Assembly: GCA_031409275.1 (NCBI GenBank)
Contig: JANNXA010000018.1
Span: forward strand, 32,001 to 96,000
Origin: Planctomycetota bacterium
GTDB lineage: Bacteria > Planctomycetota > B15-G4 > SIAN01
Length of the DNA stretch: 64,000 nt
Reading direction: 5' to 3'
Numbering within the stretch: the first letter of the stretch is position 1; every line of letters starts with the position of its first letter. Below, piece by piece: positions 42,463-51,779 of this stretch. The position numbers were made by a program, and so were the translations under genes. Below the pieces are notes generated by a model that was not told where the DNA came from, did no database searches, and saw nothing but the letters and a program-made list of their open reading frames with translations.

Positions 42463-43533
42463 TTGAAGGACTTCTTCAACGCGCTCGCGAACCCGAGCTA
42501 CTTCTTCGCGATCTTCACGATCTCCGTCTTCGCGATGCTCAAGTGGCGCGAGTTCTTCACTGCGCCGAAGGTCGCGCTGTCGATCTTCGTGGCGGCGGTG
42601 ATCTTCTTCGTCTGGGCGGTCCGCGACCCGGGCTTCGCCGCGAACATCAGCAAGCCGGACAACATCCCGATCATCTTCATGCTGTTCCTGGTCGGGTACT
42701 TCTCGTGGCTGTCGCTCTATCGGGCGGTGCGCAACGATCGGCGCATCGACCGCGGCGAGTTGCCGGAGGAGGCGGTCGAGAGTCCGAAGAAGGTGCTGAC
42801 CTGGCCCGACCTCGTCTACAGCGAGTTCGTCTGCATGCTGATCGGGACGGCGGTGCTCCTGATCTGGGCGCTCGTGCTGAAGGCCCCGCTCGAAGAGCCG
42901 GCCAATCCGAACAAGACGCCGAACCCGTCCAAGGCACCTTGGTACTTCCTCGGCCTGCAGGAAATGCTGGTCTATTTCGATCCGTGGCTCGCCGGCGTGA
43001 TCCTGCCCGGCCTGATCGTGAACGGCCTCATGGCCATTCCGTACGTCGACACCAATCCGAAGGGCAACGGCTACTACACCTTCAAGGAACGACCGTTCGC
43101 GATCACGTCGTTCTTCTTCGGATTCGTCGTGCTGTGGGTCTCGATGATCGTGCTGATGACCTTCCTGCGCGGCCCGAACCAGGCGTTCTTCGGCCCCTTC
43201 GAGCCGTGGAACCTGCACAAGGTCGAGCCGACCGTGAACATCCAGTTCAGCCAGATCTTCTGGGAGCAGTGGCTCGGCACGAGTCGCCCGGTCGGCTGGT
43301 TCGTCCGCGAGTTGCCCGGCATCGCCTTGGTGGTCGGCTACCTCGCCGTGACGCCGATCCTGCTGGCGAAGACCGTGTGCAAGAAGCTGGTCGTCCAGAT
43401 GGGCAACGCACGCTACCTGACGATGATGATCATGTTCCTCATCATGGTCGCGATGCCCATCAAGATGGTGTTGCGTTGGGTGTTCAACTTGCAGTTCATC
43501 GTCAACATCCAAGAACTCTTCCTGAACATCTGA
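42463..43533 (+). CDS. Cytochrome b C-terminal / subunit IV-like protein with extra TM helices
   Basis: WPDL, APLEEPANP..TPNPSKAPWYFLGLQE, IPYVD; TTG start after GAGGAG. Confidence 0.85.
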   Translation: MKDFFNALANPSYFFAIFTISVFAMLKWREFFTAPKVALSIFVAAVIFFVWAVRDPGFAANISKPDNIPIIFMLFLVGYFSWLSLYRAVRNDRRIDRGELPEEAVESPKKVLTWPDLVYSEFVCMLIGTAVLLIWALVLKAPLEEPANPNKTPNPSKAPWYFLGLQEMLVYFDPWLAGVILPGLIVNGLMAIPYVDTNPKGNGYYTFKERPFAITSFFFGFVVLWVSMIVLMTFLRGPNQAFFGPFEPWNLHKVEPTVNIQFSQIFWEQWLGTSRPVGWFVRELPGIALVVGYLAVTPILLAKTVCKKLVVQMGNARYLTMMIMFLIMVAMPIKMVLRWVFNLQFIVNIQELFLNI

Positions 43534-43597
43534 GCTCGGACAGCGCGGGAACCAGGCCTCAAAGCGCCGACCAAGCGCAACGACCAGGAGCGGGAAC

Positions 43598-46500
43598 GTG
43601 GCGGACGAGGGCATCAGGGACGCAGGCGCGACCTTCTTCAACCTGAAGGCGATGAACCGTTGGTTCTTCGCGTCGGTGGCCGTTCTCACGGTCGCCTACT
43701 TCTGGTCGGTCGTGCAAGACCATGACCGCGAGTTCAAGTCGTACCAGGGCCGCTTCTTCGAGATGGAGCGGCAGCTCTCGGTGCAACAGGGCAACGCGGC
43801 CTTCAACGCAGCGGGCGGCGCGACGACGATCGGCGATGGCGCCGGCAACCCGGGCGAGCTTCGCGAGGAGATCGTGCGCCTTCAGGGGATGCTCGCGGCC
43901 GACCACGACAAGCGCCCCGAGCTCGCGCTGAAGCTCCATGACACGCAGTTCCACTTCGACGTGAAGAACGCCGAGATGAAGATGGCGAAGGCCGTCTTCG
44001 AGGCCGAGCGCTTCATCTACGAGGAACTCGCTCACCACCTGAATGAGCACGCTCTCGAAGCGCCGCACAGCGAAGAGGCGAAGGTCGCGTACGAGAAGTA
44101 CAAGGACCTGAAGCGGAAGTACGAGGAGCTCGACGAGGCCAACAAGCAGGCGGAGGCCGCTCGCGACGCCGCTCGCGACGAGCTCGCCCGTCTCGATGCC
44201 CTCGCCGGCGACGTGGCGGTCAAGCTCGAGGTGGCGGAGCGCGAGGTCGGGCGCCTCGAGAAGCGTGCCGATTCGCTTGACTCCGAGCGGCTCTTCACGA
44301 AGTTCCGCAACTCGATCTTCTTCAGCTTCATGTCGCCGACGCTGGCGCCCAAGAAGATCGTCGTGCCCGAGATCTTCGACGACCTGAACTTCCTGTCGGT
44401 CCCGAAGGTCGACATGTGCATCTCGTGCCATCTGGCGACCGACCGTTTCAAGGACTACCCCGCCGGCAATTCGCACGTCACCTTCGGCGACGAGAAGAAC
44501 GCGCTGCAGAACGAGGACGACTCGGCGGCGTTCCGCTCTCACAGCAAACCCGAGCTCTTCTGCACGTCACTTTCGCCGCACGGACAGGAGCGCTTCGGCT
44601 GCTCCGGGTGCCACGGCGGCGGCAACCAGCGCGCGAACTTCAAGCAGACGTGGCACACGCCGACTGACGCGCATGAGCGCGAGGTGTGGGAGGACGAACT
44701 CCATTGGCACCCGGTGCATGAGTGGGAATACCCCATGCTCGGTTCCAAGTTCCTCGACGCGTCGTGCTACAAGTGCCACCAGCAGGAAGTGCACATCCAG
44801 GGTGCGCCGACGTGGAACCGCGGTCGCGATCTCGTCGCGAAGCTCGGCTGCTTCGGCTGCCACAAGATGGCGCCGTTCGACGGCGCTCGCCGCGTCGGAC
44901 CGCCGCTCGGCCATGTCGCCACCAAGTTCTCCGACCTCGACTTCATGCTGAAGTGGGTCGATGAACCGGCGTCGTTCCGTCCCTCGACGCGCATGCCGGC
45001 CTTCTTCCATCGCGAGAATCGCGCGATGGAGCCGGGCCGTGATGCCGCCGAGATCACCGCGCTCGTCGCCTACCTCTACAACCTCTCGTCGCCGCAGGCG
45101 CTGAAGAGCTACCCGGGCAATGGCGACGCGGCGAAGGGCAAGCAGCTCTTCGGCGAGTCCGGCGGCGTCGGCTGCATGGGTTGCCACGGCATCGACGACT
45201 TCCCGGAAGAGGTCAACGATCGGGTGGCCAAGCTCGACGCCCTGCGCCACGGTCCGGAGCTCTCCGGAATCGGCAGCAAGGTCACGCCGGACTGGCTCTT
45301 CACCTGGCTCCTCGATCCCAAGAGCCTGTGGCCGCAGACCAACATGCCGAACCTCCGGCTCACCGAGCAGGAAGCGGCGGACCTGGTCGCCTACCTGATG
45401 ACGAAGCGCAACGTCGCCTTCGAGCAGCAGGTCTTCGAGAAGCCGGCCGATGACGCGCCCTTCGAGCAGATCCTCCTGGAGAAGCTCACCGAGCGAATGA
45501 CCGAGGCGCGCGCCACTCTCGATATCTCGGCGATGAGCGGCCTCGAGAAGCGACGCAAGGCGGGCGAGTACCTGCTCAATCACTACGGCTGCTTCGGCTG
45601 CCATGACATTCCGGGCTACGAGGATTCGAAGCCCATCGGTGCCGAGCTGAACGGCTGGGGCAGCAAGCATCCCGATCGCCTCGACTTCGGCATGGTCGAG
45701 TTCGAGTGGAAGAACCCCGAAGTCGGCAAGTTCAACCGCGAGAGCTGGATCGATCAGAAACTGAAGAACACCCGCTTCTACGATCGCGGCAAGGACAAGA
45801 AGCCGTTCGAGAAGCTGAAGATGCCGCAGTTCTCCCAGCTGATGGAGGGCGTGCCGGACGGCGATCGTGACGCGGTGATGACCTTCGTGTTGTCGCTGGT
45901 GAAGGACAACACGGCGGAGTCGATCAAGCGGCACCTGACGCCGGACGAGGCGGCGGTGGAGCGCGGCGCGAAGCTCGTTCGCGAGAAGAACTGCGTTGGC
46001 TGCCATCTGCTCTACGGCGAGGGTGGCGAGATTCGCCACTTCCAGTTCGGCGAGGCGGGCAAGGCGTTCTATCCGCCGATCCTCGATGGGCAGGGCGCGC
46101 GCACGCAGCCAGAGTGGCTGACGCACTTCCTCGCCGATCCGGTGTTCGGCAAGGGTGCCGGTGCGAAGGCGCATCTGCGTCCTTGGATGAAGGCGCGCAT
46201 GCCGACGTTCGGCTTCGACCAGTCGCAGCTGAACGACATCGTGGCCTACTTCGCGCACGAGAAGGTCTGGCACACCTCCACCGATCGAACCCTGTGGGAC
46301 TCGATCGCCACGAAGTTCCGCAAGGACTTCCTGGGCTACGAGGAGGCGCAGCTGCGCAAGGCCGACCACACCAAGGTCAAGCTCTTCCACGACCTGGTCG
46401 CGCGCACCTACGAGAAGCAGGGCGGCGGCTTCGTCTTCAAGTCGGACTACCCGTACATGGAGAAGCCGGCCGAGCTGGCCGGCGGCGATCTCGACAAGGC

Positions 46501-46837
46501 GCGCAATCTCTTCGAGAAGTTGCAGTGCGTCCTCTGCCACATGCCGGGCGGCGTCGTCCCGACGGGCAAGTCGGCCGCGGACATGGCGCCGGACCTGAGC
46601 TACGCCAGGGAGCGCCTGTCGCCGAGCTGGGTGCGCCACTGGCTCGAAGTTCCCGAGGTCTACCAGCCGGGCACGCGCATGCCGCCGTTCTGGAAGGTGG
46701 AGGGCGGCGTCCGGCCGAGCGTCGATCCCGACATCAACGACCCCGAACGCGAGATGTCGCTGTTGCGCGACTACCTTTTCTCCTCGCAGTTTGCTGCCGA
46801 CTACGAGCGCGTCGCCAAGAAGGCGCGGGGCGAGTGA
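43598..46837 (+). CDS. Membrane-anchored multiheme (8x CxxCH) cytochrome c
   Basis: CISCH, CSGCH, CYKCH, CFGCH, CMGCH, CFGCH, CVGCH, CVLCH; N-terminal TM helix and coiled coil. Confidence 0.92.
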   Translation: MADEGIRDAGATFFNLKAMNRWFFASVAVLTVAYFWSVVQDHDREFKSYQGRFFEMERQLSVQQGNAAFNAAGGATTIGDGAGNPGELREEIVRLQGMLAADHDKRPELALKLHDTQFHFDVKNAEMKMAKAVFEAERFIYEELAHHLNEHALEAPHSEEAKVAYEKYKDLKRKYEELDEANKQAEAARDAARDELARLDALAGDVAVKLEVAEREVGRLEKRADSLDSERLFTKFRNSIFFSFMSPTLAPKKIVVPEIFDDLNFLSVPKVDMCISCHLATDRFKDYPAGNSHVTFGDEKNALQNEDDSAAFRSHSKPELFCTSLSPHGQERFGCSGCHGGGNQRANFKQTWHTPTDAHEREVWEDELHWHPVHEWEYPMLGSKFLDASCYKCHQQEVHIQGAPTWNRGRDLVAKLGCFGCHKMAPFDGARRVGPPLGHVATKFSDLDFMLKWVDEPASFRPSTRMPAFFHRENRAMEPGRDAAEITALVAYLYNLSSPQALKSYPGNGDAAKGKQLFGESGGVGCMGCHGIDDFPEEVNDRVAKLDALRHGPELSGIGSKVTPDWLFTWLLDPKSLWPQTNMPNLRLTEQEAADLVAYLMTKRNVAFEQQVFEKPADDAPFEQILLEKLTERMTEARATLDISAMSGLEKRRKAGEYLLNHYGCFGCHDIPGYEDSKPIGAELNGWGSKHPDRLDFGMVEFEWKNPEVGKFNRESWIDQKLKNTRFYDRGKDKKPFEKLKMPQFSQLMEGVPDGDRDAVMTFVLSLVKDNTAESIKRHLTPDEAAVERGAKLVREKNCVGCHLLYGEGGEIRHFQFGEAGKAFYPPILDGQGARTQPEWLTHFLADPVFGKGAGAKAHLRPWMKARMPTFGFDQSQLNDIVAYFAHEKVWHTSTDRTLWDSIATKFRKDFLGYEEAQLRKADHTKVKLFHDLVARTYEKQGGGFVFKSDYPYMEKPAELAGGDLDKARNLFEKLQCVLCHMPGGVVPTGKSAADMAPDLSYARERLSPSWVRHWLEVPEVYQPGTRMPPFWKVEGGVRPSVDPDINDPEREMSLLRDYLFSSQFAADYERVAKKARGE

Positions 46838-46849
46838 TTTGCGGAGTGA

Positions 46850-46872
46850 TTGAGATCTGAATCAGATCTCAA
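46850..46872. promoter_or_regulatory. Perfect AT-rich palindrome in the intercistronic gap
   Basis: TTGAGATCTGA-A-TCAGATCTCAA (11-bp arms), flanked by GGAG/CTCC. Function unassigned. Confidence 0.5.
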
Positions 46873-46893
46873 CTCCACGTGAGGAACCGAACC

Positions 46894-47733
46894 ATGAAGC
46901 GATCGAACGAAAAGACCCTCTGGATGCTCGCGCTCGGCATTGCCGGCATCGCGCTGGGTGCTGCCTGCGGCGGCGGTGAGTCGCGCAGCCGCAAATCCAT
47001 TCGCGGCAACGTGGAAAATTCGGCGGCGGCACCCGCGCCGGGCGCATCCGGTGGTGCGGCTACGACGCAGGCCGCCGGTGGCCCGAAGAAGGTCGATCCG
47101 GCGACGGCGGGCACGATCACCGGAATCGTCAAGTGGGACGGTGCGCGCCCGACGCCCGAGGCGCTCGACCTGTCGGGCAACCCCGACTGCTCGAAGGCGA
47201 TCAAGGAGACGGTCTACAAGGAAGACCTCGTCGTCAACGCCGACAACACTGTGGCGTTCGCGTTCGTTTCGATCGACACCAACGATGTCTACGAGACTCC
47301 GACCGAGCCGGTCGTCATCGACCAGATCGGCTGCCACTACGTGCCGCACGTCCTCGCTGCGATGGTCGGGCAGAAGATCAAGATCAAGAGCTCGGACGCG
47401 ACGCTGCACAACGTCCACTACCTCGGAACGGTGAACACCGACCTCGAGGACAACTTCGCGATGCCGGCTCCCGGTGTTCGCGAGCGCTCCTTCACTGCCG
47501 CCGACTGGGTGAAGTTCAAGTGCGACGTGCATCCGTGGATGGGCGCGTGGCTCGCCGTGAGGTCGCACCCGTTCTTTGCGGTCACGGGCACGGATGGCAA
47601 GTTCACCATCGCCAGCGTCCCCGCCGGGACGCACAAGCTCGTGATGAAGCACGAGTCGCTCGGCGAGCAGTCGGTGACGGTGACGGTCGAGGCCGGCAAG
47701 ACGGCCACCGCTGAGTTCACGCTGAAGAAGTGA
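46894..47733 (+). CDS. Lipoprotein with cupredoxin-like and carboxypeptidase-regulatory-like domains
   Basis: Lipobox-like LGAAC; DQIGCHYVPHV, HNVH, KCDVHPWM; C-terminal GKFTIASVPAGTHKL. Confidence 0.8.
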   Translation: MKRSNEKTLWMLALGIAGIALGAACGGGESRSRKSIRGNVENSAAAPAPGASGGAATTQAAGGPKKVDPATAGTITGIVKWDGARPTPEALDLSGNPDCSKAIKETVYKEDLVVNADNTVAFAFVSIDTNDVYETPTEPVVIDQIGCHYVPHVLAAMVGQKIKIKSSDATLHNVHYLGTVNTDLEDNFAMPAPGVRERSFTAADWVKFKCDVHPWMGAWLAVRSHPFFAVTGTDGKFTIASVPAGTHKLVMKHESLGEQSVTVTVEAGKTATAEFTLKK

Positions 47734-47806
47734 CCGACGTCTGTCTGGCCCGCGACGCGTGATGCGTCGCGGGCCTGCTGTTTGGAACGACGCCCCGGAG
47801 GCGCTC

Positions 47807-48652
47807 ATGCCGCAGGTTCGACCGCCCGATTTCGGCGAAGCGTGGAAGTGGTGGCTCCCGCCGCACTACTCCTCGTTCGGTGACGACATCGACTTGATGT
47901 TCCATTGGATCTTCTGGATCACGATGGTGACGTTCGTCGGTGTCGAGCTGGCGCTGCTGTACTTCTGCTTCAAGTACAAGAAGAACCCCGCCCGCAAGGC
48001 GACCTACACGCACGGCAGCCACTCGCTCGAAGTGGCGTGGACGGTGATTCCGGCGGTGATTTTGGTGGGTCTCGGCGTCGCCAGCACCAAGCTGTGGGCG
48101 ACCATCAAGAACCCGACGGACTCCGACTATCCCAAGGAGTTCCAGACGACTGTCAAGATCGCCGCCAAGCAGTTCGCCTGGAACGTCACCTACCCCGGGA
48201 TCGACAAGCAGTTGGGCACGGACGACGACTTCACCGAGACGAACATCCTGAACGTCCCGTACGAGCCGATCGACGCCGAGGGCAACGCCACGACCGAGGA
48301 GAACGTCCGCGTCATGCTGACGTCGATGGACGTCATCCACTCGTTCTTCGTGCCGGTGCTGCGCCTGAAGCAGGACGCAGTTCCCGGCTACATCGGCAAC
48401 GTCTGGTTCGACGTGCAGCGAATGACCTATCCGGGCCCCGACAAGAAGCACCTGACCAACGACACCAAGCCCTCGGACGACGGGATCACTCTCGTCGACT
48501 GGGAAGAGAGCTACGAAGTGGCGTGTGCCGAGCTGTGCGGCCTGGGCCATTCGCAGATGCGCATGCAGTTGAAGGCGGTGCCGCGCGCGGACTGGGAAGC
48601 GTGGGTCGCGGTGAAGTCGGCCGCTGCCAAGCAGCGCGCCGCCTCCAAGTGA
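47807..48652 (+). CDS. coxB: Cytochrome c oxidase subunit II
   Basis: LEVAWTVIP, DVIHSF, KQDAVPG, CuA motif CAELCGLGHSQM. Confidence 0.95.
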   Translation: MPQVRPPDFGEAWKWWLPPHYSSFGDDIDLMFHWIFWITMVTFVGVELALLYFCFKYKKNPARKATYTHGSHSLEVAWTVIPAVILVGLGVASTKLWATIKNPTDSDYPKEFQTTVKIAAKQFAWNVTYPGIDKQLGTDDDFTETNILNVPYEPIDAEGNATTEENVRVMLTSMDVIHSFFVPVLRLKQDAVPGYIGNVWFDVQRMTYPGPDKKHLTNDTKPSDDGITLVDWEESYEVACAELCGLGHSQMRMQLKAVPRADWEAWVAVKSAAAKQRAASK

Positions 48653-48721
48653 TCGCGCGACCCCGCTCGTTGCGCCCGCACTTCTGTCCAAACGATCGAA
48701 TCCGGCTTGGAGCCGAATGAC

Positions 48722-50719
48722 ATGAGCACGACCGCCACCGCCCCAGCCCACGCGGACCCTGCCGCCGGGCACGGCCATCACGAGCTCTCGTTCCTGCGCA
48801 AGTGGGTCTTCTCGACCGACCACAAGGTGATCGGGCTGCAGTACCTCTTCTGCTGCCTCTTCACGCTGATGGTCGGCGGCCTGCTCGCGCTGATGGTTCG
48901 CTGGCAGATCGCCTATCCGGCCGGCGCCAAGCCGACGCAAGAGCAGGTGCAGGAGCTGCGCGACCGTGGATTGTCGGGCGCTGAGCTCTCCGCAGAGCTC
49001 GCGAAGATCGACAACGATCGCCCGTTCCCGATCCTCGGCGAGGTTCTTTGGGGCGAGCACCTCGAACCCGAACTGGTGAACAACGGCGAGATCGGCGAGC
49101 CCGGCTTCTTCGGCAACAGCAACGGGATGATGCCGGCCGAGTGGTACAACGTCGCCTTCACCATGCACGCGTCGGTGATGATCTTCCTGGTCATCATTCC
49201 GATGCTGACCGGCGCGTTTGGCAACTGGGTCATCCCATTGCAGCTCGGTGCCAAGGACATGGCGTTCCCGTTCTTGAACGGGTTGTCGTTCTGGACGTGG
49301 ATCTGCGCGGTCCTGATCCTCTTCGCCAGCTTCTTCGTGACGCCCAACGGCGTCGGCGCTGGCGCGGGCTGGACTTCCTACCCGCCGTTGAGCGGCGTCG
49401 TGAGCCCGTCGGCCGGACCTGGCCAGACACTCTGGTGCATCGGGGTGATCATCGGCGGAACGTCCTCGATCATGGGGGCGATGAACTACATCACCACGAT
49501 CGTCAACCTGCGCGCGCCAGGGCTCACGCTCTTCCGCATGCCGCTGACGACATGGGCGGCGTTCATCACCGCGATCCTGCAGCTCTTCGCGACGCCAGTC
49601 CTCTCCTCCGCGATGGCGATGCTGCTGTTCGACCGCCATGCGGGAACCAGCTTCTTCCTCCCTGAAGGGCTGGTCTTCAGCGATGCGCCGGTACCCAACG
49701 CCGGCGGCGGCCAGGTGATCCTCTGGCAGCACATCTTCTGGTTCTATTCGCACCCGGCCGTCTACATCATGATCCTGCCGGCGATGGGCATCGTCTCGGA
49801 CGTGATCGCGGTCTGGTCGCGCAAACCGGTCTTCGGCTACCGGCCGATGGTCTACTCCATGTCCGCGATCGCCGGGCTCGGCTTCGTGGTGTGGGGACAC
49901 CACATGTTCCAGTCGGGCATGAACCCGGTGCTCGGAACCACCTTCATGATCTCGACGATCATGATCGCGCTGCCAAGTGCCGTGAAGGTCTTCAACTGGC
50001 TCGGAACCTTGTGGGGTGGGCAGATCACCTTCTCGCCCGCGCTCCTGTTCGCGCTTGGGTTCGTCTCGATGTTCGTGATCGGCGGCCTGTCCGGCATCTA
50101 CATGGCCAACGCGCCGTTCGACATGTTCATCCACGACACCTACTTCATCGTGGCGCACATCCACTACGTGCTCTTCACGGGCTCGGTGATGGGCATCTTC
50201 GCGGGCATCTACCACTGGTTCCCGAAGATGTTCGGGCGCCACATGAATGACGGGCTCGGCAAGCTCCACTTCTGGCTGACGTTCGTCTTCATGAACGGCG
50301 TCTTCTTCCCGATGCACATCATCGGGCTCGGCGGCTACCCGCGCCGTTACGCGAGCTTCCGCGGCTACGACTTCCTCGCGCCGTACGAGGGCATGAACAT
50401 CTTCATGACCTGGTGCGCCATCCTGCTCGGACTTTCGCAGCTCGTCTTCCTGGCGAACTTCTTCGGCGGGATCCTGTTCGGGCGCAAGACGACGAGCGAC
50501 AACCCTTGGCACGCCAGTTCGCTGGAGTGGTCGACGTCGACCCCGCCGCCGCACGGCAACTGGATCGGACCAGTGCCGACCGTGTACCACGGTCCCTACG
50601 AGTACAACCACCCCAACTGCAAGGAGGACTACGCTCCGCAGTGGATGCCGATGCAGCTGAACGCTGCGGCAACGGCGCCTGCGGCGACGGCGCCGGTGGC
50701 GACGACGCCGGGTCACTGA
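48722..50719 (+). CDS. coxA: Cytochrome c oxidase subunit I (type A2)
   Basis: TDHKVIG, DMAFP, FWFYSHPAVY, WGHHMF, VAHIHYV, PRRY. Confidence 0.97.
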   Translation: MSTTATAPAHADPAAGHGHHELSFLRKWVFSTDHKVIGLQYLFCCLFTLMVGGLLALMVRWQIAYPAGAKPTQEQVQELRDRGLSGAELSAELAKIDNDRPFPILGEVLWGEHLEPELVNNGEIGEPGFFGNSNGMMPAEWYNVAFTMHASVMIFLVIIPMLTGAFGNWVIPLQLGAKDMAFPFLNGLSFWTWICAVLILFASFFVTPNGVGAGAGWTSYPPLSGVVSPSAGPGQTLWCIGVIIGGTSSIMGAMNYITTIVNLRAPGLTLFRMPLTTWAAFITAILQLFATPVLSSAMAMLLFDRHAGTSFFLPEGLVFSDAPVPNAGGGQVILWQHIFWFYSHPAVYIMILPAMGIVSDVIAVWSRKPVFGYRPMVYSMSAIAGLGFVVWGHHMFQSGMNPVLGTTFMISTIMIALPSAVKVFNWLGTLWGGQITFSPALLFALGFVSMFVIGGLSGIYMANAPFDMFIHDTYFIVAHIHYVLFTGSVMGIFAGIYHWFPKMFGRHMNDGLGKLHFWLTFVFMNGVFFPMHIIGLGGYPRRYASFRGYDFLAPYEGMNIFMTWCAILLGLSQLVFLANFFGGILFGRKTTSDNPWHASSLEWSTSTPPPHGNWIGPVPTVYHGPYEYNHPNCKEDYAPQWMPMQLNAAATAPAATAPVATTPGH

Positions 50720-50753
50720 GTTTCGCCGTCGCAGACGAACGTCCTCGGATGAG

Positions 50754-50799
50754 CCCCGCTGGTTCGCGCCCGACGAGGGGGAGGCCAGAATCGGCGGGG
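50754..50799 (+). other. Intercistronic stem-loop after coxA
   Basis: CCCCGCTGGTTC pairs with GAATCGGCGGGG (12 bp with G-U pairs); no U-tract. Confidence 0.35.
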
Positions 50800-50813
50800 A
50801 ATGAGGTCTCGAG

Positions 50814-51779
50814 TTGTTGAACGCGAATCCCCCCGCTGCCGTGATCGAACCGAGCAGCAGCGCTGCCGCGCTCGAGCGTCCGCGCCACGCGGGGCGCCAC
50901 CGATTCGCCTGTTTCCACGTCTGCGCGACGTTCTGTCTGATCGCGTTTGGCGCTTCGGTGACCAGCAATGACGCCGGTCTCGCGGTCCCCGACTGGCCGA
51001 CGACCTACGGCGACCTGAATCCGATCGCGCCGTATTTGCGCGGCCTGGTCAGCGGACTGATCGCGTTGGAGCACAACCACCGCGTGATCGGGATGGTGGT
51101 CGGATTGCTGACCATCGCGCTGTGCGTCTGGATCTGGCGCACCGCGGAGACGACCCTGGTGAGACGCCTGGGAGTCATCCTCCTCGTCGCCGTCTGCGTG
51201 CAGGGCGGACTCGGCGGACTCACCGTGCACATGAAGCTGCCTGCAGCGGTCTCGATCGCGCACGGCATGCTCGCGCAGTCGTTCTTCTGCCTCTCGATCG
51301 CGACCGCCTATCTCCTCGCGGGGGAGGCCCGCGCTGCAGGCGGAAGCATCGCGCGCGGCTCGCCGACCGCCGCGGCGCGCTCGCTGCAGCGCTCGGCGGC
51401 GCACGTCTTCATCGCGGTCTTCCTGCAGCTCTTCTTCGGGGCGCTGGTGCGTCACACGGTTGCCAAGTGGCGCGTCCCGACCTTCGGCGACACGCCGGTC
51501 CTGCTGCACATGCTCTTCGCTCTGGTGGTGTTGTTGGTCGTCGGCCGCTTCGTCGCAAAGGTCACTTCCGAGTCGCCGCCGGGCTCCCGTCTTTCGGCTC
51601 CGGCGATCGCTCTCGCAGCGCTGGTCCTCGCGCAGTTGCTGCTCGGGCTGTTCGCGGTCGCGACACGGACCGATCCGCTCGTCACCGTGCTCCACGTCAT
51701 CACGGGCGCCTCGATCCTCGGGACGAGCCTCTTCACGTGGTTGCGCAGCCATCGCCTGGCGGCGCGGGAGCCGGCATGA
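50814..51779 (+). CDS. ctaA: Heme A synthase (COX15/CtaA)
   Basis: GLAVPDWP, EHNHR, QGGLGGLTV, three further TM histidines; start uncertain (50814-50841). Confidence 0.85.
   Translation: MLNANPPAAVIEPSSSAAALERPRHAGRHRFACFHVCATFCLIAFGASVTSNDAGLAVPDWPTTYGDLNPIAPYLRGLVSGLIALEHNHRVIGMVVGLLTIALCVWIWRTAETTLVRRLGVILLVAVCVQGGLGGLTVHMKLPAAVSIAHGMLAQSFFCLSIATAYLLAGEARAAGGSIARGSPTAAARSLQRSAAHVFIAVFLQLFFGALVRHTVAKWRVPTFGDTPVLLHMLFALVVLLVVGRFVAKVTSESPPGSRLSAPAIALAALVLAQLLLGLFAVATRTDPLVTVLHVITGASILGTSLFTWLRSHRLAAREPA

Noticed and set aside
40696..46837. Alternative complex III or anammox-type bc complex
   Set aside because: No molybdopterin or NrfD-like Act subunits, and no NAD(P)-binding or hydroxylamine oxidoreductase-like partners; this is a Rieske/cytochrome b complex.
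47717..50968. 1083-aa minus-strand ORF
   Set aside because: Antisense shadow of coxB and coxA.
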